Positions 58,210 through 64,000 of a stretch of 64,000 bases of DNA are shown here, piece by piece. This stretch comes from an uncultured Prevotellaceae bacterium (lineage in GTDB: Bacteria; Bacteroidota; Bacteroidia; Bacteroidales; Bacteroidaceae). Below the pieces are notes generated by a model. The model was not told the origin of the DNA. It did not search any database and saw only the letters and a program-made list of their open reading frames with translations. The stretch spans positions 22,769-86,768 of the forward strand of contig CAMJLB010000001.1 of the NCBI GenBank assembly GCA_946406555.1, read 5' to 3'. Position 1 is the first letter of the stretch, and every line of letters starts with the position of its first letter. The translations under genes and the position numbers were made by a program.

Positions 58210-58261
58210 CACAAGCATGATACATGCATTATCTTTTTAACGGAAAACATCATTATTTGCT

Positions 58262-59044
58262 ATGGCAATAGGGAAATGGATCGGTGGCTTTCTGGGCTTC
58301 TTTAGTGCAGGCCCTATAGGCATGCTTGCAGGAATCATCATTGGTTCACTGTTCGACAAACTGTCGGAAGACGGGGGCAACGGTGCCTCTGGCAACTCGG
58401 GATTTTACGATGGCGGCTACGAGCGTCGGGCAGAAGGCGAGCGCAACGGCTTCCTGTTCTCGATGCTGGTATTGGCTTCTTACATCATCAAGGCCGATGG
58501 CCGCATCATGCACTCCGAGATGGAAATGGTGCGCCAGATGCTACGGCAGAATTTTGGTGAGATAGCAGTCCAGCAGGGTGATCAGATTCTGCGCCGACTA
58601 TTCGAAGAGTCGAAACGGCAGGGCGACAGTGCCTACCGCCAGACCATCAGGCAGAGCTGCCAGCAGATAGCCGACAATATCGACTATGGTGCACGGCTGC
58701 AGCTGCTCAATTTCCTTGTGATGATAGCGCAAGCCGATGGCCAGGTGCATCCCAGCGAGTTGCAGGCGTTGAAGGAAGTGGCGCAATGGATGCAGATGCC
58801 GGCCAGCGAGGTCGATTCGATGCTGCACCTAGAAGGTTCTTCGCTCGACGATGCCTATCAGGTGCTTGGCATCAGCCCCGATGCCACCGACGACGAGGTG
58901 CGCCGTGCCTATCGCAAACTGGCATTGCAACACCATCCCGACCGCGTGGCCAAGCTGGGCGACGATGTGCGGCGGGCGGCTGAGAAGAAATTCCAGGAGA
59001 TCAATGCTGCCAAGGAGCGCATATACAAAGCAAGAGGATTGTGA
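58262..59044 (+). CDS. DjlA-like co-chaperone (TM, TerB-like domain, C-terminal J domain)
   Basis: GKWIGG TM segment, KADG/QADG repeats and C-terminal HPD. Confidence 0.85.
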   Translation: MAIGKWIGGFLGFFSAGPIGMLAGIIIGSLFDKLSEDGGNGASGNSGFYDGGYERRAEGERNGFLFSMLVLASYIIKADGRIMHSEMEMVRQMLRQNFGEIAVQQGDQILRRLFEESKRQGDSAYRQTIRQSCQQIADNIDYGARLQLLNFLVMIAQADGQVHPSELQALKEVAQWMQMPASEVDSMLHLEGSSLDDAYQVLGISPDATDDEVRRAYRKLALQHHPDRVAKLGDDVRRAAEKKFQEINAAKERIYKARGL

Positions 59045-60315
59045 TGGAGCCATTAGCAGAAAGGATGCGTCCCCGCACGCTCGATGATTATGTAGGCCAA
59101 CAGCACCTGGTGGGCCAAGGAGCCGTACTGCGCAAGATGATTGATGCCGGCCGTCTCTCGTCGTTCATCCTGTGGGGGCCTCCCGGTGTTGGCAAGACCA
59201 CGCTGGCTCAGATAGTGGCAGGCATGCTCAAGGTGCCCTTCTACACGCTCTCGGCCGTGAGCAGCGGCGTAAAAGACGTGCGCGACGTGGTAGAGCGGGC
59301 ACAGAAAAGCCGCTTCTTTGGCACCGGCCCCTCGCCCATACTGTTTATCGACGAGATTCACCGTTTTTCCAAATCACAGCAAGACTCGCTGCTGGGTGCC
59401 GTGGAGCGCGGCATCGTCACTTTGATAGGAGCCACTACCGAAAATCCTTCGTTCGAAGTCATCAGACCGTTGCTCTCGCGCTGTCAGCTCTATGTGCTGC
59501 AGCCCCTCGAAGCTGCCGACTTGCTGAAATTGCTGCAGCGAGCCATCGCCCAAGATGTGGTGCTCAGCGAGAAACACATCGAACTGAAAGAGACCGAGGC
59601 TTTGCTACGCTACAGCGGAGGCGATGCCCGGAAGCTTCTCAATATTCTCGAGCTGGTGGTCGATGCAGAAAGCACCATGCAAGACATCGTCGTGACCAAC
59701 GAGCTGGTGCTGAGCCGCTTGCAGCAGAATCCCCTGGCTTACGACAAAGACGGCGAGATGCACTACGACATTATCTCGGCCTTTATCAAGAGCATTCGAG
59801 GCAGCGACCCTGACGCTGCCCTCTACTGGCTGGCACGCATGATTGAAGGTGGCGAAGACCCCAAGTTCATAGCCCGCCGACTGGTTATCTCGGCGGCCGA
59901 AGACATTGGCCTTGCCAATCCCAACGCGCTGCTGCTGGCCAATGCCGCCTTCGACGCTGTGCAGAAGATAGGGTGGCCCGAAGGGCGCATCCCCCTGGCC
60001 GAAGCCACGGTCTATCTGGCTACCAGTGCCAAGAGCAACAGTGCATACCTTGGTGTCGACGCAGCACTGGCCGTAGTGCGGCAGACGGGCAATCTGCCCG
60101 TTCCGCTCCACCTGCGCAACGCTCCCACAAAGCTCATGAAAGACCTGGGCTACAGCGACGGATACCTATACCCCCACGACTATCCCGACCATTTTGTCGG
60201 ACAACAGTACATGCCCGACCAGCTGGCAGGCCACCGCCTGTGGCAAGGACAGCATAACCCGGCTGAAGAGAAGCTCATACAGCGTATGTCGGCTTGCTGG
60301 GGGGAGAGGAAATAG
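59044..60315 (+). CDS. rarA: Replication-associated recombination protein A (MgsA)
   Basis: PLAERMRP, GPPGVGKT, IDEIHRF, ATTENP and KSIRGSD motifs. Confidence 0.95.
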   Translation: MEPLAERMRPRTLDDYVGQQHLVGQGAVLRKMIDAGRLSSFILWGPPGVGKTTLAQIVAGMLKVPFYTLSAVSSGVKDVRDVVERAQKSRFFGTGPSPILFIDEIHRFSKSQQDSLLGAVERGIVTLIGATTENPSFEVIRPLLSRCQLYVLQPLEAADLLKLLQRAIAQDVVLSEKHIELKETEALLRYSGGDARKLLNILELVVDAESTMQDIVVTNELVLSRLQQNPLAYDKDGEMHYDIISAFIKSIRGSDPDAALYWLARMIEGGEDPKFIARRLVISAAEDIGLANPNALLLANAAFDAVQKIGWPEGRIPLAEATVYLATSAKSNSAYLGVDAALAVVRQTGNLPVPLHLRNAPTKLMKDLGYSDGYLYPHDYPDHFVGQQYMPDQLAGHRLWQGQHNPAEEKLIQRMSACWGERK

Positions 60316-60332
60316 TTTGCAGTGAATAGTGA

Positions 60333-60944
60333 TCAGATTTTGTTGATATCGACATAGCCATGCATGACGGCATAAATGGTAAGTGCCGAGACGCTCTTCA
60401 TGCCCAGCTTGTTCATGATGTTCTTCCGATGGGTCACTACGGTGGCCAGTCCTATGTTCAGCTTATCGGCAATCTCCTTATTGATATATCCCTGCACGAC
60501 AAGCGACATCACCTCTATCTCCCTATCGCTCAGCACCTTCTGCATCAAAACATTAGGCAGTGGCGGAAGGTTTTTCCCCTGAGGGTGAGCATGTTGCTGT
60601 AGCATGAGCAGCGATCTCACCAACTGAGCCTCCGGCACATTGATACACAGCGAATGGAATTCTGCCAGCTGCGAAGAGCTGTCGAGCGAGAGTGTCAGCA
60701 CAATCGTCTTGCGACGGTGCTCAGCAAAGAACTTCCTGTGCTCAACCACGATGTTCATAGCCACGAAGAAATGGGCGTATTGCTCAGGATGATTCGCCTC
60801 CAGCTCGGCCAGCGTAGCATAGTTGTCCACAGTCATAATGGGCAGCACGTTCTGCAACAGCTGCTTCAAGCCCAGTGCCGCAAGGGTGTTGGAGTCGATG
60901 ATGGCTATCCTCGGCCTGCCATCGTGATGCATGTCAGTGTTCAT
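60333..60944 (-). CDS. LuxR-family transcriptional regulator
   Basis: LSDREIEV...[11 protein letters not shown]...TV.THRKNI. Confidence 0.9.
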   Translation of the reverse strand: MNTDMHHDGRPRIAIIDSNTLAALGLKQLLQNVLPIMTVDNYATLAELEANHPEQYAHFFVAMNIVVEHRKFFAEHRRKTIVLTLSLDSSSQLAEFHSLCINVPEAQLVRSLLMLQQHAHPQGKNLPPLPNVLMQKVLSDREIEVMSLVVQGYINKEIADKLNIGLATVVTHRKNIMNKLGMKSVSALTIYAVMHGYVDINKI

Positions 60945-62020
60945 AGCGTTCCTTTCGTCGATGGCAGTTCGTAGTGGTAGATGTCGCGTCGCACAGCCAT
61001 TTTCAGCGAGCGTGCCAGTGCTTTGAAAATGCCCTCAATCTTGTGGTGCTCGTTCTGCCCCTCTGCCTTTATGAAGAGATTCATTCGGGCAGCGTCGCTC
61101 AGGCTCTTAAAGAAATGGAGGAACATCTCCGTGGGCATGTCGCCCACATGCTCGCGCCTGAAATCGGCTTGCCACACAAGCCAGGGTCGCCCGCCGAAGT
61201 CGAGACACACATGGCACATGCAGTCGTCCATGGGTAACGAGAAACCATATCGCTCTATACCTCGCTTCGAACCCAGGGCTTGATGCAGGCATTCGCCCAG
61301 TGCCAAAGCAGTATCTTCAATGGTATGATGCTCGTCTACGTTCAGGTCGCCCTTACACCTTATCGTGAGGTCGATGCCTCCATGCTTGCCTATCTGCTCG
61401 AGCATGTGGTCGAAGAAGCCCAGCCCTGTGCTAATGTCGCAGTGTCCTGCCCCGTCGAGGTTCAGCGCCACCTCGATGTCGGTTTCCCGTGTGGTACGCT
61501 TCACATGAGCAGTACGTTCTCCGGCGAAAGCCACCTCGGCTATTTTGTCCCACGTCATGCCGTCGCGCCCCAGTATGAGCGATCTACACCCCATGTTGTC
61601 TGCAAACAAGGCATCGGTGTCACGGTCGCCAATCACGTAGCTGTGGGCTATGTCGTAATCGTCGCTGTTTAGGTATTTCTCTACAAGTCCAGTCTCAGGC
61701 TTGCGCGTGTGTGCATGTTCGCTGGCAAAGTGGCGGTCTATCAAGATGTCGTCGAACCATATTCCCTCACCCTTGAGCGTTTGCAGAATAAAGTCGTGGG
61801 CAGGCCAGAACGTCTCTTCTGGAAACGACGGTGTACCCAGTCCGTCTTGGTTTGTCACCATCACAAACAAATAGTCGGTGTGCTGTCGCAAGAAGCTGAG
61901 GTTGCGCATCACGCCCGTCGTGAACTGTATCTTCCCGAGACTGTCTACCTGCTCGTCGTAGGGTTCTTCTACGAGCGTCCCGTCACGGTCAATAAACAGA
62001 ATTTTTTTCTTCGTCATCAT
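60941..62020 (-). CDS. hisB: Bifunctional histidinol-phosphatase / imidazoleglycerol-phosphate dehydratase
   Basis: FIDRDGT HAD motif, and [14 protein letters not shown] and NEHHKIE motifs. Confidence 0.95.
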   Translation of the reverse strand: MMTKKKILFIDRDGTLVEEPYDEQVDSLGKIQFTTGVMRNLSFLRQHTDYLFVMVTNQDGLGTPSFPEETFWPAHDFILQTLKGEGIWFDDILIDRHFASEHAHTRKPETGLVEKYLNSDDYDIAHSYVIGDRDTDALFADNMGCRSLILGRDGMTWDKIAEVAFAGERTAHVKRTTRETDIEVALNLDGAGHCDISTGLGFFDHMLEQIGKHGGIDLTIRCKGDLNVDEHHTIEDTALALGECLHQALGSKRGIERYGFSLPMDDCMCHVCLDFGGRPWLVWQADFRREHVGDMPTEMFLHFFKSLSDAARMNLFIKAEGQNEHHKIEGIFKALARSLKMAVRRDIYHYELPSTKGTL

Positions 62021-62981
62021 ATTTGCTTAGTCGTCGTTTAGCTTGTGAGCGTTCGTTTTCCTGCGTCTCTATCGAGCCGTACATATAGGCCAGGGGGAAG
62101 AGCGCCGAGAGTTGCACGTAGGCCTGCACGAAACCTGCCGCCGTAAACACCACGATGTTCATCCATCCCATATATGCCGGCATGCCCAGCGGGTCGCCCT
62201 GCAGTGCTCCCATTTGCGAGTTCACGTTGGCGGCATACAGTATATTGGCAGGCATTTGCGTCACCACGTCGAGCAGCATGTTTACGATGCTTACGACGAG
62301 CACCACGATAAACAGCCCTCCCCAGTGGCGCAGGCCGACAGCGTAAGTGTCTTTCAGTATGGCAAGGAAGGCCGACTTGGGCGTGAGCACATATTTCATA
62401 ATGGTGTAGGCCAGCGGCAACAAGGCAGCCAGGAGCAGAAGCAGCGTGCCACCGATGAGCATCAGTCCCGCCAGTCTGCCAAGAAACTTCATGGCCACGA
62501 CCGCCACTCCCGCCATTACGGCATCGACCACCAGGCCCACGAGCAGCAGCCAGAGGGCCGCCTTCAGCGTGCGCCAAAGGGCCAGACGGTCTATGCGGCC
62601 ATACCATTTGGCGGGTGCTGTCACGCTGCCTGTTGCTAGTTGCTCGCCCAAGGCAGAGAACCCATACGAGAGCAACACCGTTAGCGCCGCCAGCAGCAAG
62701 ATGCTTCCCCCCAGCAGGAAGAGCCCCGTGGTTACAAGCATTGACTGCAGTGCAGGATTGCCCATCTGCCCCGTAGCCTGAACCACGGCCGCCATAGGCA
62801 GCCGAGTGATGACGATGTTTACAAAAACGCCCATTGCCAAGGCATAGACCAGGGCGGCAATCCACGACGAGCGGAACACACGCCTGAAAATATTCATATA
62901 AAGCCGATAGCCGTCGCTGATGGCTGCACTGCTGCTACGCAGACGCATGAGGCTCAGGTCGGCATTTCTCTTCTTATCCAT
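61989..62981 (-). CDS. Hypothetical multi-pass membrane protein
   Basis: About six hydrophobic helices; upstream promoter element. Confidence 0.75.
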   Translation of the reverse strand: MDKKRNADLSLMRLRSSSAAISDGYRLYMNIFRRVFRSSWIAALVYALAMGVFVNIVITRLPMAAVVQATGQMGNPALQSMLVTTGLFLLGGSILLLAALTVLLSYGFSALGEQLATGSVTAPAKWYGRIDRLALWRTLKAALWLLLVGLVVDAVMAGVAVVAMKFLGRLAGLMLIGGTLLLLLAALLPLAYTIMKYVLTPKSAFLAILKDTYAVGLRHWGGLFIVVLVVSIVNMLLDVVTQMPANILYAANVNSQMGALQGDPLGMPAYMGWMNIVVFTAAGFVQAYVQLSALFPLAYMYGSIETQENERSQAKRRLSKYDDEEKNSVY

Positions 62982-63023
62982 CGTTTTGTCTGAAATATGA
63001 TCGTTTTGTTTTTATTTTTGGTG

Positions 63024-63031
63024 CAAAGGTA
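63024..63031 (-). promoter_or_regulatory. -7 promoter element
   Basis: TACCTTTGCA on the minus strand. Confidence 0.55.
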
Positions 63032-63248
63032 CAAAGAATTATCGACAAAGTCGCATTTCGCAGAGAATAATTCTTAAAAATCTTCCGTCTGAATATTTTT
63101 TAAGAAATGAGAAAGAATAAATCAAATCTGTTCCAAGAATTAGAAGAAAAACACGATATAATTTCTTCAAATTTCGAAAGTCTTCAGCCTAAGAAGTTCT
63201 TGACTTCCGAAATCGAAATGAATAATTTATATTTATTCAGTCTCTTAC

Positions 63249-63672
63249 TGCATAAATATCCGGTGAAAACCGCTGAGATTTAAAAATTCGGAAGCACACG
63301 GCTCCTCGTTCAAAATTTTCAAATCTCAGTCACTTTCGTAAGTCGTTGATATTCTATCGGTTACAAAACAGCCAAGACACTGTGTTGCAATTCAGCCTGT
63401 TTTTGGGGGCAATTCTGGCTGTTTTGCATCCCAATTCAGCCTGTTTTAGGATGCAATCCATGCTGAGTTGCACCCTAAGGAAGGCTGAACAAGCAGACAA
63501 CTTGCATGAATGTCTGCACCGTGGAGCCACTACAATGGTACAATGGAGGCTCAATTGCGTCGCTGACGGTCTTTGGGGGCTTATGGGGCAGGAGCCGTGG
63601 TAGTCTCCTGCCGTTCTAAAACGCAAATTTCGTTTGTCTTGAAAATCGAAAAATGGAATGTATATTCATGCA
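63249..63672. mobile_element. 424-bp dispersed repeat, family C copy 2 (inverted relative to copy 1)
   Basis: TGCATAAATAT ... ATATTCATGCA ends; colinear with 13167-13591. Confidence 0.75.
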
Positions 63673-63712
63673 GCCCTATACTTCATGTCTTCGTTTTCCA
63701 TTCACATTTTTC

Positions 63713-64000
63713 TCACTTCTGCGCTTTTTCGTCGGCCGAATAGTTCACCCTCAGGGCAAAAGCCTGTTGCAATTCGCGCTTCACGTCGCTAATTAGCCCC
63801 ATAGGCACGTCGCGATCGGCCTTTATCGATACAGTCATGCGAGGCCGGTCTTCGTCGCCCATGCGGCTGCGCTCGTTTTCGACGAACTGCCGAATGTCGT
63901 CGATGGTGGCCAGCCGATTATTCAGTTGTATGAAAAAGCGGGGCGGATCCTCCTGCCTGTCGTCTGCCACCCTGCCTATGTAAATATAGCACACCGATGA
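63713..64000 (-). CDS. ExbD/TolR family protein, 5'-partial
   Basis: IKADRDVPMGLISDVKREL...ALRVNYSA; the frame runs off the window end. Confidence 0.8.
   Translation of the reverse strand, partial: SSVCYIYIGRVADDRQEDPPRFFIQLNNRLATIDDIRQFVENERSRMGDEDRPRMTVSIKADRDVPMGLISDVKRELQQAFALRVNYSADEKAQK

Noticed and set aside
62762-62781. Partial match to the 33-bp micro-insert (AGGCTACGGGGCA, minus strand); similar match at 41551-41568
   Set aside because: Only about 12 bp match, the 3' TCGGGA end is missing and there is no GA^C context, so chance is likely.

Overview
Bacteroidota chromosome segment, most likely Prevotellaceae. This is inferred from the TAnnTTTG promoters, the hybrid two-component regulator, the archaeal/eukaryote-type ProRS and the bamD-rpoZ-DUF4293 gene order. 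It has about 48 CDSs, mostly housekeeping, glycosyltransferase, CAZyme and peptidase genes. I found no tRNA, rRNA, CRISPR array, transposase or integrase. The main accessory locus (16.3-29.1 kb) is one apparent operon: a Cache-type sensor/PP2C phosphatase/RsbW-like kinase fusion, a STAS protein, an AlgE-like outer-membrane barrel, a two-module C-A-T-C-A-T-R NRPS and a MATE exporter. The non-coding DNA holds several layers of small repeat elements: (i) a 33-bp micro-insert found at a GA^C site both in a MITE and in-frame inside the NRPS reductase domain; (ii) two ~230-bp TA-flanked elements with different terminal inverted repeats but a shared covarying hairpin core; (iii) two ~425-bp elements containing 22-bp iteron-like units, plus a stand-alone array of the same unit; (iv) heptamer repeats. 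Also present are a candidate ~85-nt sRNA, a catalytically degenerate hybrid two-component protein and a sigma54-type promoter before a J-domain gene. All calls come from reading motifs by eye; no database search was run.
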